From: Thermoanaerobaculia bacterium
GTDB lineage: Bacteria; Acidobacteriota; Thermoanaerobaculia; Multivoradales; UBA5704
Reading direction: 5' to 3'
DNA length: 64,000 nucleotides
Assembly: GCA_036402955.1 (NCBI GenBank)
Contig: DASWRX010000316.1
Span: 4,996-68,995, forward strand
The notes below the pieces were generated by a model. It made no database searches. It was not told the DNA's origin and saw only the letters and a list, made by a program, of their open reading frames with translations. The position numbers and the translations under genes are program-made. Below, in pieces: positions 1-10,675 of the stretch. Each line of letters starts with the position of its first letter. Position 1 is the first letter of the stretch.

Positions 1-317
1 AGGTGATGGGCGCACATGGAGTAGAAGGGGATCTGCTTCTCCATCACCATGTGGCTGTACCCCTCCTCGTTGGGGAAGGTGGTCACCTTCGGCTCGGCCC
101 CCTCGGCGAGGCCGCCGAACATCTCCAGATACATCTTGGCGACCCGCAGGTCGGTCTCGGCGAGGTTGGGGTCCTGCAGATCCAGCCCGAGCGCCGTCAG
201 GATCCCCCGCACGTGGTGGGAGATCGTGGCGAGCTTGCCCTGTTGATCGTCGTCCAGCTCGGTCATCGCGATCGGCGGCACGTGCCCCGGGACGATGACT
301 TCGGGCTCATGGCTCAT
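1..317 (-). CDS. folE: GTP cyclohydrolase I (N-terminal part; 3' end runs off the window)
   Basis: My reverse-strand translation from ATG at 317 reads MSHEPEVIVPGHVPPIAMTELDDDQQGKLATISHHVRGILTALGLDLQDPNLAETDLRVAKMYLEMFGG...IPFYSMCAHH. This matches the FolE RVAKMY...F.S.CEHH region. It is absent from the ORF track because it has no stop in the window. Confidence 0.72.
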   Translation of the reverse strand, partial: MSHEPEVIVPGHVPPIAMTELDDDQQGKLATISHHVRGILTALGLDLQDPNLAETDLRVAKMYLEMFGGLAEGAEPKVTTFPNEEGYSHMVMEKQIPFYSMCAHH

Positions 318-451
318 GGTGATCGGCTCCTTCCGCTCCATTGCGGAAACGGCCCCCTATCCTACACCAGGGGAGACGGTAGCGATTTTGCAGTCCGCTT
401 CCGGGCAGCCGGCGCCTCGCGCCGGCACACCCCACCGCAAAGGAGGAAGAG

Positions 452-880
452 ATGCCTTACAGTGTGATGATCTGGCTGGTGGACCGCGAGCACCACGGCC
501 CGAGCGGTCCGGAGACCCGGGAGGACCGCCATGGCTCTCAGGGCTCGGCACAGAATCCGGCCCAGAGCCCCCTCTCCGAGTCTCAGCACGATCGCCTTCA
601 CGATCCCCATCTCACCCCCGGCGCGGCCGCGGGCGTGACGGCGGGCCCCGCCTTCGACCACCTGAACTACGGCTTCTACGAGACCGAGTCGGAGGCCAGG
701 TCGGCCCTGAAGGACCTCGCCAGGGACCTGGAGAAGAACGCGCCGGTGAAGGTGACGAACGGCAGCCGCACCTTCCTGATCCCGGCGAGCCGGATCCACT
801 ACGCCGTCTGCGAGGAGGTCACCCGTCCCAAGGACGAGCCGAAGGGAACGCAGGCGAAGGCCAGGCGCGTCCGCGGCTGA
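452..880 (+). CDS. hypothetical protein (142 aa)
   Basis: ORF preceded by a strong SD (AAAGGAGGAAGAG-ATG). It lies divergent from folE. I recognise no family. Confidence 0.55.
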   Translation: MPYSVMIWLVDREHHGPSGPETREDRHGSQGSAQNPAQSPLSESQHDRLHDPHLTPGAAAGVTAGPAFDHLNYGFYETESEARSALKDLARDLEKNAPVKVTNGSRTFLIPASRIHYAVCEEVTRPKDEPKGTQAKARRVRG

Positions 881-1081
881 AACTTCCTGGGACACCCGGG
901 TATGCCCCCATACCCGGCGGGGAGACCCCTCCCCCTTCTCGGGGAGACCCCTGTACCCGAAAGGGGGAGGCCCGTACCTTCGTTTTGGAACGCCATCCCC
1001 GCGAGGGGAACGGTTCCCCCTGCCGGAACCGCTGGTCCCCGGGGACCGCTATCGTTATGATGCGAGGGGCAAGGAGGCGCC

Positions 1082-1705
1082 ATGCTCTATGACCTCTCGC
1101 CCACCATCCGCCCGGAGACCCCGGTCTGGCCGGGCGACACCCTGTTCCAGTCCCGGCTGACCTGGTCGATCGCCGACGGCGCCAGCGTCAATCTCTCCGC
1201 GATCACCACGACCCCCCATCTGGGCTCGCACGCCGACGCCCCGTTCCACACCGAACCGCGCGGCGAGGGGATCGCCGAGATGCCGCTCGACCGCTATCTC
1301 GGCCTCTGCCGGGTCGTGCGGGTGCCGCCGCAGCCGCTGATCGAGCCGCGCCACGTGGAGGGGGTCGACCTCGCGAACCCGGGGCGGATCCTGTTCAGGA
1401 GCGAGAGCGTGCGCGACCGCCGGAGCTTCCCCGAGCGGTTCACGGCCCTGTCGCCGGAGCTCGCGGCGCTGCTGGGGGAGAAAGGGGCCCTCCTGGTGGG
1501 GATGGACACCCCCTCGGTCGATCCCTTCGACAGCAAGACGCTCGACGCCCACCACGCCCTGTTCCGTGGCGGCATCGCCATCCTCGAAGGGCTGGTGCTC
1601 GACGGCGTGCCGGAGGGGATCTACGAGCTGATCGCGCTGCCGCTCCGGCTCGCGGGGCTCGACGCCTCGCCGGTGCGCGCGGTGCTGCGGACCGTCGAGT
1701 CCTGA
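1082..1705 (+). CDS. kynB: cyclase-family protein / kynurenine formamidase-like
   Basis: HLGSHADAPFH matches the HxGTHxDAPxH metal motif of the arylformamidase/cyclase family. SD is AAGGAGG before the ATG. Confidence 0.72.
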   Translation: MLYDLSPTIRPETPVWPGDTLFQSRLTWSIADGASVNLSAITTTPHLGSHADAPFHTEPRGEGIAEMPLDRYLGLCRVVRVPPQPLIEPRHVEGVDLANPGRILFRSESVRDRRSFPERFTALSPELAALLGEKGALLVGMDTPSVDPFDSKTLDAHHALFRGGIAILEGLVLDGVPEGIYELIALPLRLAGLDASPVRAVLRTVES

Positions 1706-1766
1706 CCGGATGGCCGGACCGAACGGATAGAATATGGTTTCGTGGAGATTGGAGGGAGGGTTTCCC

Positions 1767-2426
1767 ATGGACAGCAAGGAATTCGTCGCGCAACTGGTCG
1801 AGGAGATGGACCGGATCTTCGCGCGGCTTGGCGAGACCGAGACGCTGGAGGCGGAGTCGGAGGGGAACGTGGACGTGGTCACCCTGCTCCGCCTCGCCCT
1901 GAAGAGCGAGATCGAGGCGAGCGAGCTCGCCGGCTTCTGGCTGCCGACCACCCCCGAGGTGGACGCCAAGATGACCCTCGCCCTGCAGTGCGGGGACGAG
2001 ATGAAGCACTACGGCCTGATCAGCCAGCGCCTGGCCGAGCTGGGCGCGGACCTGACCGACTTCGACCCGCTCGCCGAGGGGCACAGCCCGCTCTACCAGT
2101 ACCTGCGCGGCCTGCGCACCACAGTCGAGCGCATCGCCGCCGGACCCTTCGCCAGCGAGGCCATCGCCAAGGTGCGCAACACCCAGTTCGTGAACTTCTG
2201 CCGCTCGGTGGGGGACCACGCGACGGCGCGGCTCTACGATGAGACGATCCAGCCCGAGGAGTTCCACCATCATCACCTCGGCCGGGAGTTCCTGGAGAAG
2301 CACGCCACCACCCCGGAGCTCCAGGAGCTCGCCGCCTCCGCCGTGCGCAACACCCTGGCGATCGCCGACGAGTTGCGCAGCCTGGCCGCCAAGACGACCG
2401 GCATCCACAACATTCCCGTTTCCTGA
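1767..2426 (+). CDS. ferritin-like diiron-carboxylate protein
   Basis: Two ExxH motifs (DEMKH, EEFHHHH) plus upstream Glu residues (EIEASE, SEAIA), spaced as in four-helix-bundle diiron proteins. Start chosen at the ATG after GGAGGGAGGG rather than the ORF-track 1734. Confidence 0.6.
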   Translation: MDSKEFVAQLVEEMDRIFARLGETETLEAESEGNVDVVTLLRLALKSEIEASELAGFWLPTTPEVDAKMTLALQCGDEMKHYGLISQRLAELGADLTDFDPLAEGHSPLYQYLRGLRTTVERIAAGPFASEAIAKVRNTQFVNFCRSVGDHATARLYDETIQPEEFHHHHLGREFLEKHATTPELQELAASAVRNTLAIADELRSLAAKTTGIHNIPVS

Positions 2427-2444
2427 CCGCCTGCGAGAAATTTC

Positions 2445-3323
2445 ATGGAATCCCAGATCTCGACGATCGCCGTGCTGGGCGCCGGCACGATGGGGCGCGG
2501 CATCGCCCACGTCTCCGCCCTGGCCGGCTATGAAACCCACCTCTACGACACCAGCGCCGAGGCGCTGAAGAAGGCCGCCGCCTCGATCCACAGGAACCTC
2601 GACAAGGGGGTCGAGCTCAAGAAGGTCGACGCCGGCGCGGCGGAGCGGGCCAAGCAGGGGCTCCACCTGGACGACGACCTCGCCGGGGCGGTCGCGCAGG
2701 CCGACCTGGTCATCGAGTCGGTGCCGGAGATCATGGCGCTGAAGATCGAGGCCTTCCGCGCCTGCGCCCTCCACGCGCCCGCTCACGCCCTCTTCGCCAG
2801 CAACACCTCGGCGCTCTCGGTCACCGAGATGGCCGCCGCCTCGGGTCGGCCCGAGCGCTTCGCGGGCATGCACTTCTTCAACCCCGTCCACGTCATGAAG
2901 CTGATCGAGCTGATCCGCGGGCTGGAGACCACGCAGGCGACGATCGACGCCCTGCGCGCGGCCGGCGTCCGCATGGGCAAGGAGATCGTGGTGGTCAACG
3001 AGGCCCCCGGCTTCGTGACCAGCCGGATCAACGCCCTGATCGGCAACGAGGCGTTCCGCATGCTCCAGGAGGGGGTGGCGAGCGCCGAGGACATCGACAA
3101 GGCGCTGAAGCTGGGGCTGAACCATCCGATGGGACCGTTCGAGATGGTCGACCTCGTGGGGCTCGACGTCCGCCTGTCGATCCTCGAGTTCCTCCACCGC
3201 ACCCTGGGCGAGGCCTACCGGCCCAACCAGATCCTCGTCCAGCACGTCCGCGCCGGCCGGCTCGGCCGCAAAGTGGGCCGCGGCGTCTACGCCTACGACG
3301 AGAACGGCGAGCGGGTGCGATGA
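2445..3323 (+). CDS. hbd: 3-hydroxyacyl/3-hydroxybutyryl-CoA dehydrogenase
   Basis: N-terminal Rossmann motif VLGAGTMGRGIA. Full-length resemblance to the HADH family (FFNPVHVMKLIEL, GFVTSRI, LNHPMGPFE). Confidence 0.82.
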   Translation: MESQISTIAVLGAGTMGRGIAHVSALAGYETHLYDTSAEALKKAAASIHRNLDKGVELKKVDAGAAERAKQGLHLDDDLAGAVAQADLVIESVPEIMALKIEAFRACALHAPAHALFASNTSALSVTEMAAASGRPERFAGMHFFNPVHVMKLIELIRGLETTQATIDALRAAGVRMGKEIVVVNEAPGFVTSRINALIGNEAFRMLQEGVASAEDIDKALKLGLNHPMGPFEMVDLVGLDVRLSILEFLHRTLGEAYRPNQILVQHVRAGRLGRKVGRGVYAYDENGERVR

Positions 3324-3327
3324 CGGT

Positions 3328-4497
3328 CTAGCCGGCCAGCTCCGCGATCCCCTTCGCGAGCCGGCGCGCCAGCCCGGGAAGGGCCGCCGCGTCCACCGAG
3401 CAGTGGGCGATGCGGAGAAAGCGGGGCGCCATCGCCACCAGACCGGTGTCGTGGCGGGCCAGCAGGTGGCGGCGGACGGTCTCGGAGTCGATCTCCAGCG
3501 CCGCCGGGATCTCCACCAGGGCGAAGCAGCCGGAGTTGAACGGGAGGACGGTCAGGAGGGCGGGATCCGCCTCGGCGAGCGCCCGCTTGAGAGCCCGGTA
3601 GCGGCCTTCGAGCAGCAGCCGCACCGCCTCGATCTCGCGCTCCACCCCCTCCCTGCGCAGAGCCTGGAGCAGCACGATCTGGCTCGCCGCGACGGGTGAG
3701 CCCACCCCCGAGCGCACCAGCATCCCGACCTTGCTCTCCAGCGAGCGCGCCGCCTCCGACTCAGGCTCGACGCCGAAGGTGAGGAAACCCACCCGGCCGC
3801 CGAAGAAGGAGAACTCCTTGGTGGCGCCATCGACCTTCACCGCCAGGAGGTTCGGATACGCCCCGGTGGCCGCGGCCGTGGAAAAGTCCCAGAACAGCGA
3901 TTCCCGGGAGATCTCCGGCTCGAAGACGAGGCCGGCATAGGCGTCGTCGCACACCACGACCAGCGGCCGGCGTTCGGCCTCGGCCAGCAGCGACGCGACC
4001 GTGATGCGGCGCTCCTCCCGGTCAGGGGTGTAGCCGCCGGGGTTGGAGGGGATGTTGAGCAGCGCCACGGCGGGCTCCCCCGCCGGCAGGCCGGCCAGGG
4101 CGTCGGCGAGGGCGCGGGGGTCGTGCCGCCCGTCGATGTAGGCAGGCGCGGTCAGCACCCTGGCCCCCGTGCGCATGGCGAAGGCCTGGCGATAGTTGCC
4201 CCAGAAGGGATGGGGGATCGCGACCGCCTTGCCCTCGCCGCCGAAGAGGTCCGCCAGCAGGGAGAGGCCGTGGCTCAGGCCCGCCGTCACCAGCGGCAGG
4301 CTGGACGGCGCTCCGGGGGGAGCCGACCGGCGCTGCCACCGCCGCCAGAGCCGCCGCACCTCGGGCAGCCCCTCGACCGGCGAGTCGAGGAGCGCCGCCT
4401 CGAGGTCCCCCTTCGGGAGGTCGCCGAAGGCCGAGAGCAGTTCCGGAGCGCGCATGATGGCAGAGTATACGTGTCCCGTCTTGGCGTTCCAGAGCAT
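3328..4497 (-). CDS. PLP-dependent aminotransferase, class I/II fold
   Basis: NIPSNPGGYTP (SNPxNPTG-like) and ATKEFSFFGGRVGF (PLP-lysine region). The start is uncertain (alternative ATG at 4455). Confidence 0.7.
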   Translation of the reverse strand: MLWNAKTGHVYSAIMRAPELLSAFGDLPKGDLEAALLDSPVEGLPEVRRLWRRWQRRSAPPGAPSSLPLVTAGLSHGLSLLADLFGGEGKAVAIPHPFWGNYRQAFAMRTGARVLTAPAYIDGRHDPRALADALAGLPAGEPAVALLNIPSNPGGYTPDREERRITVASLLAEAERRPLVVVCDDAYAGLVFEPEISRESLFWDFSTAAATGAYPNLLAVKVDGATKEFSFFGGRVGFLTFGVEPESEAARSLESKVGMLVRSGVGSPVAASQIVLLQALRREGVEREIEAVRLLLEGRYRALKRALAEADPALLTVLPFNSGCFALVEIPAALEIDSETVRRHLLARHDTGLVAMAPRFLRIAHCSVDAAALPGLARRLAKGIAELAG

Positions 4498-4533
4498 CTC
4501 TTGTAAGTTGACGGCCGTTCAACGGGGACGACC

Positions 4534-6420
4534 ATGATGCCGAAAGCGACAACCCTCCTAGTCCTCGCGCTGGCGCTCTCCAGCGCCGGCCTGCACGGAG
4601 CCCGCATGCCCGAACCGATCTCCTACACGTTGCGCTTCCCCGCCCCACAGACCCATTACGTCGAGGTCGAGGCGCGAATCCCCACCGGCGGCCGAGCCGG
4701 GATCGAGCTGATGATGCCCGTCTGGACCCCCGGCTCCTACCTCGTCCGGGAGTACGCCCGTAACGTCGAGGGAATCTCGGCGGCCACCGCCAAGGGGGAG
4801 CCGCTGCCGATCGGGAAGACGGTCAAGAACCGCTGGCGGGTCGAGACCCGGCAGGCCCGCCAAGTGGTCGTCCGTTACCGGGTCTACTGCCGGGAGATGT
4901 CGGTGCGCACCAACTTCGTCGATTCTGGCTTCGCCCTGATCAACGGCGCCCCCACCTTCCTCACCCCGGCCGGAGAGGAGCGGCGCTCCTACGAGATCCA
5001 TCTCGAGTTGCCGCCCCAGTGGAAGGTCTCGGCCAGCCCGCTCGCCAGGCTTCCGGGGAGCCATCATGGCTACCTCGCGGACGATTACGACACCCTGGTC
5101 GACTCCCCTCTCTACGCCGGCAACGCGCGGACCTATCCGTTCGAGATCGCGGGCAGGCCTCACCTCCTGGTCAACGAGGGAGAGGACGCGGTCTGGGATG
5201 GCCCGCGCTCGGCGGCCGACGCCGAGACGATCGCCCGCGAGCAGGTCGCGTTCTGGGGCTTCGCGCCCTACCCGCGCTACGTCTTCTTCAACCTCCTCAC
5301 CGAGAGCGGCGGCGGGCTGGAGCACAAGAACGCCTGCACCCTGATGAGCAGCCGCTGGAAGACCCGCACCCGCGAGGGGTACCTCGACTGGCTGGGGCTG
5401 GTCAGCCACGAGCTCTTCCATGCCTGGAACGGCAAGCGGCTGCGGCCGGTCGAGCTCGGCCCCTTCGACTACGAGCGGGAGATCTACACCCGCAGTCTCT
5501 GGGTGGTGGAAGGGATCACCTCCTACTACGGCGACCTGCTCGTGCGGCGGGCGGGATTCTCCACCCGCAAGGAATACCTGAAGAGCCTGAGCAAGGCCAT
5601 CGAGTCCGTGCAGACCGGCCCCGGCCGCCAGGTACAGTCCCTCGATGAATCCTCCTTCGACGCCTGGATCAAGTTCTACCGGCGGGACGAGAACACCGCC
5701 AATAGCGGCGTCAGCTACTACACCAAGGGCGAGCTGGTCGCCTTCCTGCTCGACGCCAGGATCCGCCGCGCCACGGCCGGCCGGCGGAGCCTCGACGACG
5801 CCCTGCGCCTGGCCTATCAGCGCTACTCGGGCGAGCGGGGCTATCGTCCGGAGGAGCTCCGGAAGGTCCTGGAGGAGGTGGCGGGAATCGACCTCAACGG
5901 CTGGCTCGAGCGGGCCATGGGCACCACCGAGGAGCTCGACTACTCGGAGGCCCTGGATTGGTACGGGCTGCGCTTCGCCGAAGATCCGGAGAAGAAGGAG
6001 GGCGGGGAGCCCCAGGAGCTGCCGGCCGGCTGGCTGGGCATGGACACGGAGGTGCAGGGGGGCCGGCTGATGGTGATCGTGGTGAAGCGGGGGACTCCCG
6101 CCTATGAGGGCGGCGTGAACGTGGGGGACGAGATCCTGGCCATCGACGACTACCGGGTGCCGCCCGAAGGCCTGGAGGGACGGCTCAAGCTCTACCGGCC
6201 GGGCGAGAAGGTCTCGCTGCTGGTCGCCCGGCGGGACCGGCTGACGCGCCTGCCCGTCACGATCGGTCAGAAGCCCCGTCCGCGTTGGACCCTGGAGATC
6301 CTCCCCAACGCCAGCCCGGAGCAGAAGGCCCATCTCGCGGCGTGGCTGGACGGTAAGAGCGCTCCCGTGGAGACGAAGGACGCCCGGGAGAGGAAGACGC
6401 CGCCGCCGGCGGTGCGCTGA
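4534..6420 (+). CDS. secreted M61 glycyl-aminopeptidase-family metalloprotease with C-terminal PDZ domain
   Basis: Signal peptide; HELFHAWNGKRLRP (HExxH in M61 context); PDZ-like segment GTPAYEGGVNVGDEILAIDD. Confidence 0.8.
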   Translation: MMPKATTLLVLALALSSAGLHGARMPEPISYTLRFPAPQTHYVEVEARIPTGGRAGIELMMPVWTPGSYLVREYARNVEGISAATAKGEPLPIGKTVKNRWRVETRQARQVVVRYRVYCREMSVRTNFVDSGFALINGAPTFLTPAGEERRSYEIHLELPPQWKVSASPLARLPGSHHGYLADDYDTLVDSPLYAGNARTYPFEIAGRPHLLVNEGEDAVWDGPRSAADAETIAREQVAFWGFAPYPRYVFFNLLTESGGGLEHKNACTLMSSRWKTRTREGYLDWLGLVSHELFHAWNGKRLRPVELGPFDYEREIYTRSLWVVEGITSYYGDLLVRRAGFSTRKEYLKSLSKAIESVQTGPGRQVQSLDESSFDAWIKFYRRDENTANSGVSYYTKGELVAFLLDARIRRATAGRRSLDDALRLAYQRYSGERGYRPEELRKVLEEVAGIDLNGWLERAMGTTEELDYSEALDWYGLRFAEDPEKKEGGEPQELPAGWLGMDTEVQGGRLMVIVVKRGTPAYEGGVNVGDEILAIDDYRVPPEGLEGRLKLYRPGEKVSLLVARRDRLTRLPVTIGQKPRPRWTLEILPNASPEQKAHLAAWLDGKSAPVETKDARERKTPPPAVR

Positions 6421-6438
6421 GCCGCCGGCGGTCGGGCT

Positions 6439-7653
6439 TCAGACCAGCTTCAGCAGGTGGCCGAGCTTCTCGCGCTTGGTACGGAGGTAGGCCCGGCTGC
6501 TGTCGGTGGGAGGCACCTCCAGGGACAGGCGCTCGACGATCTCGAGCCCGTAGCCGTCGAGGGCGATGTACTTGCTGGGGTTGTTGGTCATCAGCCGCAT
6601 CTTGCGCACTCCCAGGTCGCGCAGGATCTGGGCGCCGATGCCGTAGTCGCGCTGGTCGGGGCGGAAGCCCAGCCGCTCGTTGGCCTCCACGGTGTCGTGC
6701 CCCTGCTCCTGGAGCTCGTAGGCGCGCAGCTTGTTCATCAGGCCGATGCCGCGCCCCTCCTGCAACAGGTAGAGGAGGACGCCCTTCCCTTCCGCGGCGA
6801 TGCGCTCCAGGGCCTGCTCGAGCTGCGGGCCGCAGTCGCAGCGGCAGGAGCCGAAGATGTCCCCGGTCAGGCACTGGCTGTGGACGCGCACCAGGGTCGG
6901 CTCCTCGGGATCGATCTCCCCCATCACCAGGGCCACGTTCTCGTCGCCGGTCACGTCCGAGCGGTAGGCGTGGATGCGGAAATTGCCGTAGATCGTCGGC
7001 AGATTGGGCGAGGCGACCTTGCGCACCAGGGTTTCGTGGCGCAGACGGTAGCTGATCAGATCGGCGACGGTGATCATCATCAGCCCGTGCTCGCGGGCCA
7101 CCTGGACGAGGTCCGGCACGCGGGCCATGGTGCCGTCGTCGTTCATGATCTCGCAGATCACCCCGGCGGGCTTCAGGCCGGCCAGGGCGGCGAGGTCGAC
7201 GGACGCCTCGGTCTGCCCGGCGCGCTTGAGGACGCCGCCCTTGCGGGCGCGCAACGGGAAGACGTGCCCGGGGCGCAGCAGATCCTCGGGCCGCGTCGCC
7301 GGATCGATGGCGGTGAGGATGGTGGCGGCGCGATCGGCGGCGGAGATGCCGGTCGTCACCTTGCCGCGGGCCTCGATGGAGATGGTGAAGGCGGTGCCGA
7401 AGGGGGAGGTGTTGTCCTCCACCATGAGCGGCAGGTCCAGCTCCCGGCAGCGCTCCTCGTTGAGGGCGAGGCAGACGAGGCCCCGCCCGTGCCTGGCCAT
7501 GAAGTTGATGGCGGCCGGAGTGACCTTCTCGGCCGCGATGGCGAGGTCCCCCTCGTTCTCGCGGTCCTCGTCATCGACGATGATGACGATCTCGCCCCGG
7601 CGGAAGCGTTCGATCGCCTCCTCGATGGAAGCGAAGGGAGTGTCGTTGGTCAT
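6439..7653 (-). CDS. ribBA: bifunctional 3,4-dihydroxy-2-butanone-4-phosphate synthase / GTP cyclohydrolase II
   Basis: Full-length RibB+RibA match ([13 protein letters not shown]...; CRCDCGPQL; EGRGIGL). Start trimmed to ATG at 7653 ([14 protein letters not shown]). Confidence 0.9.
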   Translation of the reverse strand: MTNDTPFASIEEAIERFRRGEIVIIVDDEDRENEGDLAIAAEKVTPAAINFMARHGRGLVCLALNEERCRELDLPLMVEDNTSPFGTAFTISIEARGKVTTGISAADRAATILTAIDPATRPEDLLRPGHVFPLRARKGGVLKRAGQTEASVDLAALAGLKPAGVICEIMNDDGTMARVPDLVQVAREHGLMMITVADLISYRLRHETLVRKVASPNLPTIYGNFRIHAYRSDVTGDENVALVMGEIDPEEPTLVRVHSQCLTGDIFGSCRCDCGPQLEQALERIAAEGKGVLLYLLQEGRGIGLMNKLRAYELQEQGHDTVEANERLGFRPDQRDYGIGAQILRDLGVRKMRLMTNNPSKYIALDGYGLEIVERLSLEVPPTDSSRAYLRTKREKLGHLLKLV

Positions 7654-7787
7654 GGTGTCGGCAGGCTTTCTCGCCGGAGAGCGGCGGACCGCCCCCAGGC
7701 GTTGGAAGAAAGATGGCGCGTTGGCGACCATCGCGAGTGTACGCCGCGTCTCCAGGAGGGTCAACCGCGTGACCCGAGCGGTCAGGC

Positions 7788-10664
7788 CTAAAACGTGTTC
7801 CCGATATTGAAGAACAGCGCGTACCCCGATTCCCTCGGCTCCCGGTTGAGCTTCCAGCCGATGCCGGCGCGGATGGGACCGATCGGCGAGTTGTAGCGGC
7901 CTCCGAGGCCGACGCCGTTCTTGAGCTCGCCGAACCGGATCGAGCGCCAGTCCGGCCAGACGTTGCCGCTGTCGAGGAACAGCGTGCCGCCGAAGCCGTC
8001 GAAGATCGGGAAGCGGTACTCGAGGTTGATCAGCACCAGGCCGTCGCCCCCCACGGGCACATAACCGCCGCCGTTCGGATTGAGGATCAGGGTCTGGCCG
8101 CGGATGCCCAGCTCGTCGCGCCCGTAGGCGCGCTGCGAGGCGTCTCCCCCGGCGAAGAAACGCTCGGCGATCGGGATGTTGCGGCTGGGGTATGGCAGCA
8201 CCACGCCGCCGGACGAGGGGATCGCCTTGTAGGGCTCGATGGCGCCCAAGCGGATGCTCGCCGCCAGCACCCCCGGACGGCCGAGGTTGACGAACTGGGT
8301 CTGCTGCACGAACGCCCGCAGGAACTCGGTGTCGGTGCGGAACGCCGGGACCGGGAAGGCGTACTCGAGCTGCACCAGCGAGCTCCAGCCGCGGGTCGTC
8401 AGGATGGGATCGTCGCGGCGGTCCCAGAAGAAACTCGGGATGAAGCTGGTGACCTGGTAGGGCTGGTCGCGCCGCTCGATCTCGTTGGTGGCGAGGCCGG
8501 GATTGACGCTCGGCTCGACGATGCGGTAATCGAACCCGGCGCTGAAGCGGCGGTTGCCGTAGACGCGCACGGCCTCGGAGCGGGCCCCGTAGCGGGTCAC
8601 CTTGTAAGGGCGGTCGGTCGGCGCCTCCTGCTCATAGAAGACGGTCGAGGTCAGCGCGACCGGATGCTCGCCCAGATAGGGCTGGTTGAGGAGGATCCGG
8701 AAGCGCTTGTCGCGCTGGCTCCAGCGCAGGTCGGTCCGCAGGCTGTAAGCCTTCCCCCACACGTTGTTGTCCGAGAAGCCGAACGAGCCGCGGAAGCGGT
8801 TCTCGGAATCCCAGCCGACGCCGTAGAGCACGCTGCGCGGCTTGCCCTCCTCGACGCGGACCAGCACGTCGCGGTCGGTCTCCTCGAGGCCGGAGGGAAC
8901 GAAGGTGACGTCGACGCGGGAGAAGATCCCCAGCTGGTAGAGGCTGCGCTCGGTCTCGAGGAGCTTCGCTTGGCTGACCGGCTCGCCGTGGCGGAGGTTG
9001 AGCGCGCGTCGGATCACGTCCCCCTGCGTGCGCTGGTTGCCGCGCACCAGGATGCGGTCCACCACTTGGCGCGGGCCTTCGAGCACCTCGAGGGTGAGGT
9101 CCACCAGGGTATGGTCCGGGTTCCAGTCCTCCCGGGCGGAGACCTGGGCCTGGTTGTAACCCTTGCGGGCGTATTCGGAGCGGACGGCGTCCAGCGTGTA
9201 GTCGAGGAGGACGGGGTGGAACCCCTGTCCCTCCTGAAGCGGCAGGGTCTTGCGCAGCGGCCCGGAGTCGAGCCCCGTGACGCCCTGGAAATCGATCTTT
9301 ACGACGCGCTCGCGCGGGCCTTCGCGGATGGGGATGACCAGCCGGAGATCCTGCCCCTGGCGTTGGACCTGGGGGGCCGCCACCTCCGCCTGCGCGTAGC
9401 CGTGGAGCGCGTAGTAGCGCCGGAGGTTCTCGAGGTCGGCGTCGAGGACCGACTGCACCAGCCGGCCGCTCCCCCGGCGCAGCAGGTTCCGCTCAGAGGT
9501 GGTCATGGTCTTGCGCAGCTCCGAGTCCGGGACCTCCTCGTTGCCCTGGAAGACGATCTGGCCGAGCGTATAGATCGGGCCGGGCCGGATGCGGAGGGTG
9601 AGCACGAGCTGACCGTCGGTCCGCTGCTCGCCGGTATCGACCTGCACGTCGTAGTGACCCTGCTGCTGGTAGTAGGTCTTCAGCCGGCTCTGGGCCTGGA
9701 GCACCAGGGCCTCGTCGTACCCGGAGTCGCCGAGGAAAGGCAGGAGCCCCGCGCGGCGCAGCTTCTTCTCGTCGTCACCCACGACAACCACCGAGATCTT
9801 GGGCCCGATGGTGATCGGAAAGGTGAGCTTGACGGTGTTGGTCTTGGCGTCGTACTCCTCGCGCGGTGGGTCGACTCGCGCCTGCCCGTACTGCTGACCG
9901 AAGAGCCAGGACTGGAGGCGTTCGGCGTCCTCGCCCGCGACGCGGCGGCTGAACGGCTGACCGGGCTGCAGGCGGAGCTGGTGGACGAGATCGGCCGCCT
10001 GGAGGGGCGCCACGGGATGATCGAACGCGATGGTGCTCACCGTGGCGCGCGGACCGCTGTCGACGTGGTAGGTAACGGCGGCGCGGCGGCGCACGGCGTT
10101 GGTCTCGACGGCGACGCGGACCCGCGCGTGGAAGTAGCCGCTGCGCTCGTAGAGCTCTTTCAGTGCGAAGACGCCCTGCACCACCCGGTCCTCGGAGAGC
10201 GGCTGGGCCTCTCCCTGCGGCACCGCGCGCCGCAGGTCGTCCCGCGACAGCCCCAGCTTGCCGGTGACGCGGACCGCCTCCACCTGCACGACGGCGCGGA
10301 AGACGACCACCACGATCACCCCTCCCCCCGCCGGATCGTCCCGCGTGTAGACCTCGGTCTCCGCGGCCGTGCCGCTCGCCTGGAGGTTGCGCAGGGTGTG
10401 GCGGACGTCCTCGTCGGTCAGGGGCGTTCCCACGTCCGTCTCGATCAGGGTCTCGAAGTCGAGTGATGGATCGAGCGGCGCGTCGCTGCGGATCTCGATG
10501 GCGGTGACGATCGGTCCCGGGCCCGGCTCGGGAGGAGCCTCGGGGGAGGCCGGCGCCGCGGCGACCGGCGATGGAGACACCGGGCCTGGAGGCTGCGCGC
10601 CGAGCGGCCCGCCCGCCAGCAGGGCGAGAGCGAGCCAGGACGTCGCCGTTCTCCATCCACTCAA
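7788..10664 (-). CDS. bamA: outer membrane protein assembly factor BamA
   Basis: POTRA-type repeats followed by an Omp85 barrel ending ...FFNIGNTF. Start placed at TTG 10664 ([24 protein letters not shown] signal peptide), 8 nt after GAGGAG and just downstream of the tamB stop. The ORF-track extension to 10766 overlaps tamB. Confidence 0.85.
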   Translation of the reverse strand: MSGWRTATSWLALALLAGGPLGAQPPGPVSPSPVAAAPASPEAPPEPGPGPIVTAIEIRSDAPLDPSLDFETLIETDVGTPLTDEDVRHTLRNLQASGTAAETEVYTRDDPAGGGVIVVVVFRAVVQVEAVRVTGKLGLSRDDLRRAVPQGEAQPLSEDRVVQGVFALKELYERSGYFHARVRVAVETNAVRRRAAVTYHVDSGPRATVSTIAFDHPVAPLQAADLVHQLRLQPGQPFSRRVAGEDAERLQSWLFGQQYGQARVDPPREEYDAKTNTVKLTFPITIGPKISVVVVGDDEKKLRRAGLLPFLGDSGYDEALVLQAQSRLKTYYQQQGHYDVQVDTGEQRTDGQLVLTLRIRPGPIYTLGQIVFQGNEEVPDSELRKTMTTSERNLLRRGSGRLVQSVLDADLENLRRYYALHGYAQAEVAAPQVQRQGQDLRLVIPIREGPRERVVKIDFQGVTGLDSGPLRKTLPLQEGQGFHPVLLDYTLDAVRSEYARKGYNQAQVSAREDWNPDHTLVDLTLEVLEGPRQVVDRILVRGNQRTQGDVIRRALNLRHGEPVSQAKLLETERSLYQLGIFSRVDVTFVPSGLEETDRDVLVRVEEGKPRSVLYGVGWDSENRFRGSFGFSDNNVWGKAYSLRTDLRWSQRDKRFRILLNQPYLGEHPVALTSTVFYEQEAPTDRPYKVTRYGARSEAVRVYGNRRFSAGFDYRIVEPSVNPGLATNEIERRDQPYQVTSFIPSFFWDRRDDPILTTRGWSSLVQLEYAFPVPAFRTDTEFLRAFVQQTQFVNLGRPGVLAASIRLGAIEPYKAIPSSGGVVLPYPSRNIPIAERFFAGGDASQRAYGRDELGIRGQTLILNPNGGGYVPVGGDGLVLINLEYRFPIFDGFGGTLFLDSGNVWPDWRSIRFGELKNGVGLGGRYNSPIGPIRAGIGWKLNREPRESGYALFFNIGNTF

Positions 10665-10675
10665 CCGGGATCTCC

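Noticed and set aside
3-1092. Plus/minus ORFs 3-467, 295-1092 and 362-895 at the left edge
   Set aside because: They overlap the folE fragment or the SD-preceded 452-880 ORF in other frames, and are Pro/Arg/Gly-rich without motifs.
7654-7787. FMN riboswitch upstream of ribBA
   Set aside because: I looked for the conserved RFN core (AGGGUGAAAUUCCC..., ...GACAGU...) on the minus strand and did not find it. The spacer is also short for a full aptamer plus expression platform.
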